Notes: generated from the sequence alone by a model not told the origin. A stretch of DNA of 64,000 nucleotides from Octopus sinensis (GCF_006345805.1 NC_042998.1:45508001-45572000); one strand, 5' to 3'. Shown: positions 1 to 11,800, numbered from the stretch's first letter. Numbers and translations: made by a program.

Positions 1-358
1 AGTAGGCCTTTGGCAGTGGTACATGTTCTGTACTTTGTTGGTTGCTAAATGGTTTCAGCTGTGTACATTGTTAACAAAGTGGGAACAATGAATTTATTAA
101 AGAACGAAGCATTCATCAAAACTCAGTTCTCAGGCCACCCCTCCTATTTGTTATCCAGGTCATAACAGAATAATTTAAAATTGGATGTCTATAGGAACTT
201 TTGTATATTGATAACCTAGTTCTCATAGCAGAATCTGTCAAAACATTGAATTTAGAATCAGGAGGCCTTAAATTGCACCAAGTAGCTTTGAAGAGGAATA
301 GATATTTTGTGATCTCAAACTCAGCCGTTGTAAAATATAAGAAGCAGTGGTTAGTTAC

Positions 359-521
359 CTCAACAATATTATAAAATACGTAGAGCTTCAATACAGCTTG
401 GCCACGTATAATGTGATACATCATTGAGATATCCAAATAGTTGAGGATGAAACAACTTAGCACTATGATTATGCCCTTGAGGATATCGCATGTCTGAGAA
501 GGCTCTAATATTTTCCTGGAT
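359..521 (-). CDS. TAPT1: TAPT1 exon 4 (G-SRKILEPSQTCDILKGIIIVLSCFILNYLDISMMYHIIRGQAVLKLYVFYNIVE)
   Basis: TTTGCAG acceptor at 522; donor GAG|GTAACT at 358; 163 nt; phase 2 in (GG+A). Strong resemblance to TAPT1 LLQPAQVCDILKG..SMMYHLIRGQSVIKLYIIYNMLE. Contained in ORF 116..649. Confidence 0.95.
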
Positions 522-947
522 CTGCAAAAAACAAAAGAAAAACAACAATAAAAGAACAACCAATAAAAAATGTGAACAAGAGTATTAACAATGTTGGTAA
601 AGGATACTGTAGACATTAGTAGAAAGTTGAAATTATTACAGTGGGACAAAATCTCCCATACTCATACTACACTTAACCTAAAACCATTAAACTTAAATCA
701 TTCAATCTAGATCATTTATCTTAGAGCAACTTACCAATTCAACTTACAAAATGTTAACTACTTAATTCAAAATAACTTCTAAATCCTAGTAGAAGAAACC
801 TGCTCAAGGTTCCATGCAGTAGAACTGAACCCAAAACCATGTAGTTGCAAAGAGAGCTTCTTAACCACACGGTCAGGCCTACACCTAGCCAGACCTGATA
901 TTTTCTTTCTTTCTTTTCTTTTTTTTTTTAAATATTTCCATTCTTCA

Positions 948-1455
948 AGGCGGCGAGCTGGCAGAAACATTAGCATGCCGGGCGAAATGTTTAGCAGTAT
1001 TTCATCTGTCTTTACGTTCTGGGTTCAAATTCCACTGAGGTTGCCTTTGCCTTTCATCCTTTCAAGGTCAATAAATTAAGTACCTATTTCTTTACTATCC
1101 ACAAGGGGCTAAACACAGAGAGGACAAACAAGGACCAACCCCAGTGCGTAACGAAAGGATGAAAGGCAAAGTCAACTTCGGCCGAATTTGAACTCAGAAT
1201 GTAGTGGCAGATGAAATATCTATTTCTTTACTACCCACAAGGGGCTAAACACAGAGGGGACAAAAAAGGACAGATAAACGGATTAAGTCGATTATATCGA
1301 CCCCAGTGCGTAACTGGTACTTAATTTATCGACCCCAAAAGGATGAAAGGCAAAGTCGACCTCGGCGGAATTTGAACTCAGAACGTTACGGCAGACAAAA
1401 TACCACTAAGCATTTCGCCCAGTGTGCTAACAATTCTGCCAGCTCGCTGCCTTGA
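948..1455. mobile_element. SINE family B, inverted pair (+ ~948-1085, - ~1085-1455); other copies ~23895-24310 +, ~41390-41870 +, ~46005-46210 +, ~48860-49210 -, ~53515-53680 +, ~63110-63355 -
   Basis: GGCGGCGAGCTGGCAGAAAC(G/A)TTAGCA..GAGTTCAAATTCC..GCCTTTCATCCTTT..GTCGATAAATTAAGTACC. Confidence 0.8.
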
Positions 1456-2922
1456 GGTCAATAAATTAAGTACCAGTTGCATACTGAGGTCGATCTAATC
1501 GACTGCCCCCCACTCCCCCAAAATTTCAGGCCTTGTGCCTGGAGTAGAAAAGAATATTTCCATTCATTAAGTTCTTTCATTATTGAATATTTTCCTTCTT
1601 TATTTTTTTTTCAATAAAAACATAAACATACGAATGGTCAAAAGGCTGAATTTTGATAGACTATAGTAGAAGAATGAAGGCAAAGGAAAATAAGATTGAA
1701 TGAAAGAGGGTTGAATGCAAGGACTAATTTTATCATCATTATCATCATTTAATGTCTGCTTTCCATGCTGGTATGGGTTAGATGGCTTGACTGGAACTGG
1801 TAAGCCGGAGAGCTGCACCAAGTTCCAGTCTGATTTGGCATGGTTTCTAGGGTTGGATATCCTCCCTAACACCAACCACTCCAAGAGTGTAGTGGGTGCA
1901 TTTTACATGTAACCAGAGCAGCTGCCATCAAAGTTCATTTTTCTGATCATTCATATTTATATTTGTAATGAAATAAAAGAATGTATTCAAGAGTATTTAA
2001 AGAACAGAAATATTTGATAAATAAACTGTTTTCACTTCTGTGTTCTATATCAGATCTCTGCGACACAATTTTTATCGAAGTAAATAAATTACATGTTCCT
2101 CAAATAAATTCCTTTTTAATTCTCTCACTACAAAATAAAATTTCATAATTATTTCAGTTAATGATGTCAAATATTTACAAAAAAAAAAAAAATGAAAAAA
2201 AAAAGAAAAAAAAAGAAAAAAAAAGAAAAAAAAAGGAACCCTCACGCCACCAAAAACGGAGTTGATATTGTCTACAAGTCACATGGCCTCAATAAACTTG
2301 ATATATCTCATCAGAAAATGGTTTCAAACATGACATTCCTCAACAAAAGGTAGGTTGGTATATAAAAACAATGTTCCACAGATAAGGGCAATGACATTTT
2401 GAGTGGATATATCTGTTTTCTGCAGTAAATGGGTTAAAACTATGCCAATGTTTTTTGTTGGGTTTTTTTCTGAGATTGTTTTTCTTATTTTACTGGAAAA
2501 ATATTTCAAAATTCAGAGTTTTTTCATGGCTTTTGGTATTCTGTGTTTTTGATCTTTCAAGCTGTCAAGCTTTTGATATTCTAACTTTTCAGCCTTTTAA
2601 CATGTAGCCTTTTTGTATTTGCTCTTATGACTGACTGTCTGCCAATACACACACATGCAGAATTGGCCTCTTTTAGTTTCCATCTATCAAATCCACTCCT
2701 AAAATTTTAGTTGGTCCAGGGCTATAGTAGAAAACACCTGCACAAGGTGCTGCAAAAGGAAACTGAACCCAAGACCACATGGCTGGGAAGCAAGTTTCTT
2801 AACCACACAGCCACATCTATTCATAGTTTTCTTAAGCATATTACTGGCAAAAATCGTAGGTTGATTTCAGTTCAAATGTTGCAAGAAACACATTTTTTTA
2901 AAATGTTGAATATATATATATA

Positions 2923-3329
2923 GGTGCAGGCATGGCTGCGTGATAAGTAGCTTGCTTACCAGCCACACGGTTCTGGGCTCAGTCCCACTGTGTGACACCT
3001 TGGGGAAGTGTCTTCTACTATAGCCTTGGTCCAACCAAAGCCTTGTGAGTGGATTTGGAAACTGAAAGAAGCCCGTCGTATATATATATATATAATGATA
3101 TATGTGTGTGTGTGTGTGTGTATGTTTGTGTACTGTATTTGTCCTACCAACCAACCATCGCTTGACAACCGATGTTGGTGTGTTTACATCCCTGTAACTT
3201 AGCGGTTCAGCAAAAGAGACTGATAGGATAAGTACTAGGCTTACAAAGAATAATCCCTGGGGTCGATTTGTTCAACTGAAGGCAGTGCTCCAGCATGGCC
3301 ACAGTGAAATAACTGAAACAAATAAAAGA
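2923..3329 (+). mobile_element. tRNA-derived SINE family A (head + (TA)n(TG)n + tail ending GACTGAAACAAGTAAAAGA)
   Basis: A-box-like TGGCTGCGTGA and B-box-like GGGCTCAGTCCC; >20 related copies in the window. Confidence 0.85.
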
Positions 3330-3337
3330 ATATATAT

Positions 3338-3380
3338 TGTCGAGTGATGTTTAGGGGGACAAACACAGACATATAAACAG

Positions 3381-3429
<49 letters not shown>

Positions 3430-3600
3430 CATACATGCGACAGGCTTCTTTCAGTTTCCATCTACCAAATCCACTCACAAAGCTTTGGTCGGCCTGAAGC
3501 TATAGTAGAAGACACGTGCCCAAGGTGCCACACAGTGGGACTGGACCTGGAACGGTGTGGTTGGTAAGCAAGCTACTTATCACACAGCCACTCCTATGCC
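3338..3600 (-). mobile_element. SINE family A, 3'-truncated, tail-to-tail with 2923-3329
   Basis: Reverse complement of the family A head and microsatellite. Confidence 0.85.
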
Positions 3601-3607
3601 TTTATTC

Positions 3608-3655
<48 letters not shown>

Positions 3656-3808
3656 AAATCTTCATCAACACTTTGAATCTGTCGGTTTGGCAAGGACTGA
3701 TGAGCTACAAAGCTGCATCAGGTTCCAAATGAGAAAGAAAGAATAAAATGAATATTTGAAAACAGGGACATGTAATCAAACATACACACAATAAAAGTTT
3801 GTACTCAC

Positions 3809-3933
3809 CCATACATAAAAAAACCACAAGGATGGGTTAAAAGTTTGAGCAAAGCTAGACATATCCGCAGTGGAAGGAATGTAAAGATGAAAAGGAAGGC
3901 ATCAACACATTGGAAGAACCCATAGATGACAAA
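3809..3933 (-). CDS. TAPT1: TAPT1 exon 3 (FVIYGFFQCVDAFLFIFTFLPLRICLALLKLLTHPCGFFMY + GG)
   Basis: TTTCAG acceptor at 3934; donor GG|GTGAGT at 3808; 125 nt, phase 0 in and phase 2 out. Resembles TAPT1 LMVFGIFLCLDAFLYVFTLLPLRVFLAL. Confidence 0.93.
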
Positions 3934-4804
3934 CTGAAATAAAAAGAAAAACATTTATAGTCAGAGAAAACAAAAGAGAAACTATAATCACGCAGTACTT
4001 TTACAGCAAGAAACCTGTTCTGCACTGGCCATTTTCTCTCATACTTTATCTCATGTAGCAAAAAGTATCCCCCATCACCACCACCACCACAAGCACTTCA
4101 GGGCTGATAGTTTTGCAAGCAGCATGGCAACCTCACTGACGCTGGTGGCATATAAAAAGCATCCAGTACAATACTGTAATGTGGTTGGCATTAGGAAGGA
4201 CATCTAGCTGTAGATATCATGCTAATGCAGATACTGGAGCATGGTGCAGTCTATGGGCCCATCGGACCCTGTCAAATGATGATGATAATAGTGCTTTGCT
4301 GAAGATGTGTAATAAGCCCAGAACATGAGCAATATAATCTCTTGTAGTCACCAATATGATTAGAATTATTTTTTTTATATATCCAGGCCTATTCCCCATT
4401 TTAGGAGGGAGTAGCCACAACAAAACACGCACTAGGCAATCCATTCATTTCCCAGCTCAAAGAGGCGAGCCCTATTCTTAATAATTAATGAAGTACTAAA
4501 TAGCATGTAATCTGTAATGTATAGTCAGGTACATACAACTCTAAGCATTAGAAATATTACCCATCACTATTGTATAATCTAATACAAGTAGATACATACA
4601 TATACACATATATATATAGTTAATCCAAACGTGAAAACACAAAGAGAAAACACAACACAAGGACGTGGAACAATTATAGTGTTATTGGACACTCAGGAAA
4701 GGAAAGAAAGGAGCTCTTCGTCAGAAACATAGAAAAAGGAAAGGTCCAAGGAAGGGAAGACGGAGAAAGAAAATCGCCAACGATATACACGCAATCACAT
4801 AATG

Positions 4805-4820
4805 ATATTGATATTGATAT

Positions 4821-4899
<79 letters not shown>

Positions 4900-4900
4900 T
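4805..4900. repeat. Compound microsatellite (ATATTG)n(TA)n(GA)n; representative of dozens of (TA)n/(CA)n/(GATA)n tracts in the window
   Basis: Direct reading of the sequence. Confidence 0.95.
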
Positions 4901-4930
4901 GTGTTAGGTGTGATGTACAGAAATTGAATA

Positions 4931-5350
4931 TTGAGGAAAAAGTCATCAGAATTTTGGGAAAAAATTCTTTTATTTCTTCATTATTTATTAGGGTTTTCCT
5001 TCCTTTTTAGAACTTGTCAAATAAAATTTTGTGAAAGGACAAACAGTTTGTTCATTTATATAAAAAAGATGTTTTTTGGGAGGGATTTGTTTAGAAGAGA
5101 ACATTGTTTCTGTTTTTTTGGGGGGGAGGTTCCATGACAATGGAGATGGATAGATAGAATATAGCAGGCAGGTAGGTAGATAGATAGGTAGATAGATAGA
5201 TAAATAGATAGATAGATAGATAGATAGTCAGGCAGAGAGACAGATGGGTAGAGGGAAAGAGAGATAGAAGGGGTATCTACCTTCCTATTCACCATTCATT
5301 TATTTATTTATTTACTTAGTCCTTTACCACTGTATTTGAATGGGTTTAAG

Positions 5351-5386
<36 letters not shown>

Positions 5387-6582
5387 TATAGTCAGACAGA
5401 GGGACAGATGGGTAGAAGGAAAGAGAAAGGGTATCCACCTCCCTATTCACCATTCATTCATTTATTTATTTAGTCCTTTATCATTGCATTTGAATGGGTT
5501 TAAGGATGGTGACCTTAAAAAAAAAAACAAAAAACAGGTGTGGTTTGGTATTCACTGAAAGTCATTTTGCTTTCTTTCTCTCTTCCCCCCTTTTTTCTCT
5601 CTTCCTCCTCTGAGTTATATTTGGAATATACCCCTTCCAAAAATGAAAGCTTGGAAGGGGTATATTCTAAATATAACTCAAAGAAGAGAAGAAGACAGAA
5701 AGAAGGAAAAAGGGAGGAAGAAGAAAAGGAAAAAAGAAAAAGGAGGAAAAGAGAAAAAAGGGGGGAAGAGAGAAAGAAAGCAAAATGACTTTCAGTGATG
5801 ACCAAACCATACCTGCTTTTTTTTTTTGAAGGTCACCATCCTTAAACCCATTCAAATGCAATGATAAAGGACTAAATAAATAAATGAATGAATGGTGAAC
5901 AGGAAGGTGGATACCCTTTCTCTTTCCTTCTACCCACCTGTCCCTCTGTCTGACTATCTATCTATCTATCTATCTATCTGCCTATCTACCTACCTACCTA
6001 TATTTCTATCTATCCATCTCCATTGTCATGAAACCTCACCCCAAAAAACAAAAAACAATGTTCTCTTCTAAACAAAACCCCCAAAAAGCATCTGCTTTAT
6101 ATAAATGAACAAGCTGTTTGTACATTCACAAAATTTTATTTAAGTTCTAGAAAGGAATGAAAGTGCTAATAATATGGTGATGGGTGACCCCCTTCGGTCA
6201 GACACTGACCATGGGTTTGCACCTAGAGAGTCACCCTCTGAGGCACAAGTCTGGGCAAGGTTGTTTTATGGAAGACCAGCAGTCGCCCATGCATACTGGC
6301 CTCCCCTCTCCACGTAACCGATGTTGTCCAAGGGAAGGGCAAGGGCCTATACAGCTTGGCACCTGTGACATCGCAACTCATTTCTACAGCTGAGTGAACT
6401 GGAGCAACGTGAAATAAAGTGTCTTGCTCAAGAACACAACATGCAGCCTGGTCCGGGATTCGAGCTCACAACCTCACGATCATAAGCTCGACGCTCTAAC
6501 CATTGAGCCACGCGCCTTCACATTAATAATAAGGAAGAAATAAAAGGATCTCTCTCCAAAATTCTGGTGACTTTTTTCTCAA
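4931..6582. repeat. Long imperfect palindrome / foldback, centred on a 10-nt loop at 5641-5650
   Basis: 5611-5640 pairs with 5651-5680 at 29/30 positions. The arms remain reverse-complementary out to ttgaggaaaaagtcatcagaatttt (4931) and aaaattctggtgacttttttctcaa (6582). Confidence 0.9.
6174..6523 (-). mobile_element. tRNA-derived SINE (family C) inserted in the right palindrome arm
   Basis: Head TGTGAAGGCGCGTGGCTCAATGGTTAGAGCG (A box) and B-box-like AGCTCGAATCCC; flanked by TAATAAT at 6167-6173 and 6524-6530 (probable TSD). Confidence 0.8.
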
Positions 6583-6888
6583 CAAGAAACAAATGGGAAG
6601 CAAGACAGGTAACATAATGAATAACCCTTCATCTGTTGTTTCTTTCGTTGTTCGCAAAAATAGTTCATATTCCATGTTTTCGTATTTCGTATATTTCATG
6701 TTGTTTACATTCTATGACGTCCTGTACCCATATATGTATATACACATATATGTATATATATATATATGTATGTATGTATATATGCATGTATATATATATA
6801 TTGTTTATATTATTATATGACTGAATGCCACACATCCATTTCCAAGTAAGTTTTATCTTAATATATATACACACACACACATATGGTT

Positions 6889-6942
<54 letters not shown>

Positions 6943-7084
6943 ATATATACATATATGGCCGGACAAGTTGTTTTGAGAAAATTTGGTTTAAATGTTTGAC
7001 AACTCAGCACTGTCCATTGGACGGGGGTGTTTTGCTCATATATATATATATATAGACTCATAGTGCAAATCTATTACTAGCATA

Positions 7085-7972
7085 GGATCTTTTCAATTCT
7101 GAAGCCAGGACCACAGATCTTTCTACTTAACTAAATATTCTGAAACTTCGTATGCTGATAGAGTCTAGCAAAACAAGACACAGGTTGGAACTAGTTTATT
7201 TGAGAAAAATCTATTTTATGACTTTAATCGTAGATTAAAACTGCGAATTTTAACCAATCAGATTGTTTGTTTTCATGTGTAAAACTTGACTGGATTCTAT
7301 TAGTGTGACGTAGAAAGCGCTTTTGTGACGTACTAACGTTCGGAAAACTGTAAACAAACACAGAACGTAACGGCAGACGAAATACGGCTACGCATTTCGC
7401 CCGGCGTGCTAACGTTTCTGCCAGCTCTTTGCTTTTTTAATATTAAATTTCTTGCCTTTTGCACAAATAAATACAATAAGTGAAATGAAACGCATTAGCT
7501 TAGAAACGAAATCTTGTTAGAAGCCTCGTCACTGAGATGCCACTTCTTAATAGCAAACGAAAGCAAGTACTAACAGAATGGAAACATTTTCAATTTAATA
7601 CATGTGGCTTAGTAACTAGTTTTAAATAATATTATTAGAAGGTGGCTGACTATAGGATCCTGGAAACATGAGTACGTTAAATAATTAGAAGGAGATTTCA
7701 CGGAGACATGCGGCTTGTTTACATTTAAGATGTTTAATACGTCACCAAATTGGTGGTCGAGACGGAGTAAATAAAATAAAGCCGAATGACGGAATATCAT
7801 TGGTTAAAATTCTAATTATTAAACAACGTTAAACTTAGAAGTTATAATTCCGTTTTCATTCTGGTTTACAATTAAGTTTACTTTTGACACATTCTACCAG
7901 TATACGAAGTTTCAAATTGTCTGGTTCAGTAGGAAAAATTTGAAAAAACTGGCTTCAGAATTGAAAAGATCC
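7085..7972. mobile_element. Non-autonomous DNA transposon (MITE), Merlin-like
   Basis: Perfect 24-bp TIR GGATCTTTTCAATTCTGAAGCCAG (7085-7108 / 7949-7972), exact 8-bp TSD CTAGCATA (7077-7084 / 7973-7980), and further subterminal inverted matches. GG-initiated TIRs with an 8-bp TSD fit Merlin better than hAT. Confidence 0.85.
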
Positions 7973-8802
7973 CTAGCATATAATAATTTATAAATATCTG
8001 GGAATTACAGTTTGATATATCTTATAAATAGTATCAAAAGGGTATTGTACCAATTATTGAAATTGGTCTCTAACATTTGAGTTATTAATTCTATGTTGAC
8101 ATTACTTTAGAAATGAAAAAAACAGAAACCAAAAAAACGTATCTTCCTTGTTCTCTGTTGCAATATATACACACTTGTATATGTACACAAACATGTGTGA
8201 GTATGTGCGTGTGTGTGTGTGTGTGTACACGCACGTACATCAGCTTGAAAAGTACAAAGAATGGAAACACAAATGTTTCTCAGTAAAATTTTCCTAGTGT
8301 TTGATTAACTTTCAACATTTAACATCATTCACATCTGAATAATAACGAAATCATTACGTCTTATATAAGAACCTGTTTCATCTTTGAGAAAGCAAGTTTG
8401 TCTGGTTTGCAGAATGACCCTGAAATAATGCACTAAAGTCACACACAATGACTTTAAAGAAATCCAACATTTCTCTCAGCAGGAAGCCCAACAAAGCAAG
8501 ATAAAAAAAGTATTAGAGACATAACTAAATCTATAGTGTGAGTGAGTGTGCAATGAAATGTGGAAGTTGATTTTAAAAGACACCTATGAATACAATTTCT
8601 CTATCATTTGTTGATATCGTTTATAATTGGAATTTATATTCAAAGTGTCTTAAATGTTTCTCTTTGAACACTTGTGGACTAGTAGTTAAGGCTCTGCATT
8701 CATGATCATGAGTTCATGGTTTCAATTCCAGATTGGACAGTGTATTGTGTGCTTAAGCAAAAATGCTTCATTTCATTTTGTTTCAGCCCATTCAGCTATA
8801 AA

Positions 8803-11800
8803 TCATCATCATCGTTTAACGTCCGTTCTCCATGCTAGCATGGGTTGGACGGTTCGACCGGGGTTCTGGGAAGCCAGAAGGCTGCACCAGGCTCCAGTCT
8901 AATCTGGCAATGTTTCTACAGCTGGATGCCCTTCCTAACGCCAACCACTCCGTGAGTGTAGTGGGTGCTTTTTACGTGCCACCTGCACAGGTGCCAGGCG
9001 AGGCTGGCAACGGCCACGGTCAGATTGGTGTATTTTATGTGCCACCGGCACGGAAGCCAGTCGAGGCGGTGCTGGCATCGGCCACGAGTCGGATAGTGCT
9101 TTTTACGTACCACCAGACCAGGGATCCTGGCTGGTTCAATTCGATTTCGATTTCGCTTGCCCCAACATGTCTTCACAAGCAAAGGGGGTTGGCATGGGTG
9201 CCTGTCGTACGGTCGCATTGGAGTATTTTACGTGCCACGGCTACGAGTCGGATAGTGCTTTTTACGTACCACCAGGCCAGGGATCCTGGCTGGTTCAATT
9301 CGGTTTCGATTTCGATTTCGCTTGCCCCAACATGTCTTTGCAAGCATGGGGGGTTGGCATGGGTGTCTGTCGTCGGATGAGGTTCTATATCGACTTCGCT
9401 TGCCACAACAGGTCTTTGTGTCCAAGGGAGGAAAGGCATTCATAAGTGGTCTGGGCTCACTTGTCCTGCCTGGTTTTCTCACGTACAGAATATTTCCAAA
9501 GGTCTCGGTCGCTGGTCATTTCCTCAGTGAGGCCTAAAGTTCGAAGGTCGTGCTTCACCACCTCGTCCCAGGTTTTCCTGGGTCTACCTCTTCCACGGGT
9601 TCCCTCAACTGCTAGGGATTGGCACTTTCTCACACACCTATCTTCATCCATTCTCGCCACATGACCATACCAGCGCAATCGTCTCTCTTGCACACCACAA
9701 CTGATGCTTCTTAGGTACAACATTTCTCTCAAGGTGCTAACGCTCTGTCGAGTATGTACACTAACATTACACATCCAGCGGAGCATACTGGCTTCATTCC
9801 TCACGAGCTTACGCATGTCCTCAGCAGTCACGGCCCATGTTTCGCTGCCATGTAGCATGGCTGTTCGTACACACGCATCATACAGTCTGCCTTTTACTCT
9901 GAGCGAGAGGCCTTTAGTCACCAGCAGAGGTAAGAGCTCCCTAAACTTTGCCCAGGCTATTCTTATTCTAGCAGTTACACTTTCAGCGCACCCACCCCCC
10001 ACTACTGACTTGGTCACCTAGATAACGGAAGCTATCAACTACTTCTAGTTTTTACCCCTGGAAAGTGACGGAAGTTGTTTTCTGCAGATTTTCGGAGGTT
10101 ATGCTCCCGAGCATCTGCCACATACAAAAACTATCTTCCCAGTTAGCCTACCTTTGACATTGCTGCACCTCTTATGTGTCCATAGCTTACACTGGGTACA
10201 TCTTATAGAGTTTCTACCTACACCTTTTCTACAGATCGAGCAGGGCCATCTTCCTGAAGACATTTGTGGATTGTCTACCTTCCTACTTATTAGTACTTTG
10301 GTTTTAGCTAGGTTGACTCTAAGGCCCCTTGATTCTAAACCCTCCTTCCACACCTGGAACTTCTCCTCCAGTTCTGATAGTGACTCAGCAATAAGAGCAA
10401 GGTCGTCAGCGTAGGGGAGCTCCCAGGGACAGCCTGTCTTGAATTCCTCCGTAATTGCCTGGAGTACTATGATAAATAGGAGGGGGCTGAGTACTGAACC
10501 CTGGTGGACCCCAACCTCTACTTTGAATTCTTCTGTGTACATGTTGCCAACCCTAACCTTACTTACGGCATCTCTGTACATGGCTTGCACAGTCCTCACC
10601 AGCCATTCATCTATCCCTAGTTTCCTCATTGACCACCAGATAAGGGATCGGGGGACCCTATCAAAAGCTTTCTCCATGTCAACAAAAGCCAGGTACAGGG
10701 GCTTATCTTTGGCTAGGTATTTCTCCTGCAGCTGCCTTACCAGGAATATAGCATCAATGGTACTTTTCCCTGGCACGAACCCAAACTGCATCTCATCTAA
10801 ACTAACTCTCTCTCTAATTAGTTGGGCTATGACCCTCTCCGTAACCTTCATTACTTGATCCAACAGCTTGATACCTTTGTAATTATTTGTATCTAGGGCA
10901 TCACCTTTACCTTTGTAGCAGTTGACTAGTATGCTGCTGCACCAGTCATTGGGTATGACTCCTTCGTGTATCACCTGGTTGACTATACAGGTGACTAGGT
11001 TATAGCCGACACTGCCAGATATTTTGAGCATCTCTGCAGTAATTCCTGATGGGCCTGGGGCTTTCCCTGTCTTCATGCTTCTAATTGCCTTAGCTACCAC
11101 GGAACTATCAACTCAGATAGCTGGTCCCTCTGTAGGGTCAACATTCGGCAGACTCTCTTTATCCCATTCATTTTCCTCATTCAGCAACCTTTCATAGTGG
11201 CGTCTCCAAGCTTCTCTCTTTGCATCCTCATTTAGCGCAAGTGAACCATCCTCCATGCGAACACATTTCTCTCCTACCACATCACGATTCTCTCTCACAC
11301 ACTGTCTTGCAACACGAAATACCTCAAGTCTTTCATCCTCACGGCGCAGGACATTGGCAAATTTTCTCTTATCTGCTTCCCCTCTGGCTAGATAGACCTG
11401 TCTCCTAGCTTCCCTTCTGGCAGTCTGATACCCTTCCCTGCTACCACCGTTCTTCCAGGCCTTCCAAGCCTGTTTCTTTTGTCTAATAGCCCTGTCAACA
11501 ATATTGTTCCACCACCACGTTATTTTGGGTCTTAAGGGGACTTTGCACCAGCCACAGATCTGGTCAGCGGCTTTCAGCAGGTTGTCCCTCAGAAACGTCC
11601 AGTTGTCTTCTACCCCATGTGTAGCTATACCCCCTTCCTCTTCGTCAAAGGCTTCAAGTAACATATCTCTAAATCTCTGTCCATTCGCAGGGTCTTTAAG
11701 CTTCCAGACCCTTCTTCTCCATGTTGGTCGTCTTCTAGTCGCCCTCTTAGTCCTGATCCTAAAGTCACTAACTACCAGTCTATGTTGTGGGGTGCATTCT

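Noticed and set aside
1-358. TAPT1 exon 5 (expected VADRLFSSFGQD-like)
   Set aside because: No such translation in any minus frame; the exon must lie beyond the left edge.
116-649. 177-aa ORF as a single-exon gene
   Set aside because: Only 359-521 is TAPT1-like and it is bounded by AG/GT; the rest is intron read-through.
5515-5861. Mirror-image ORFs sharing ELYLEYTPSK..LEGVYSKYNS
   Set aside because: Artefact of translating across the palindrome centre and GA/CT tracts.
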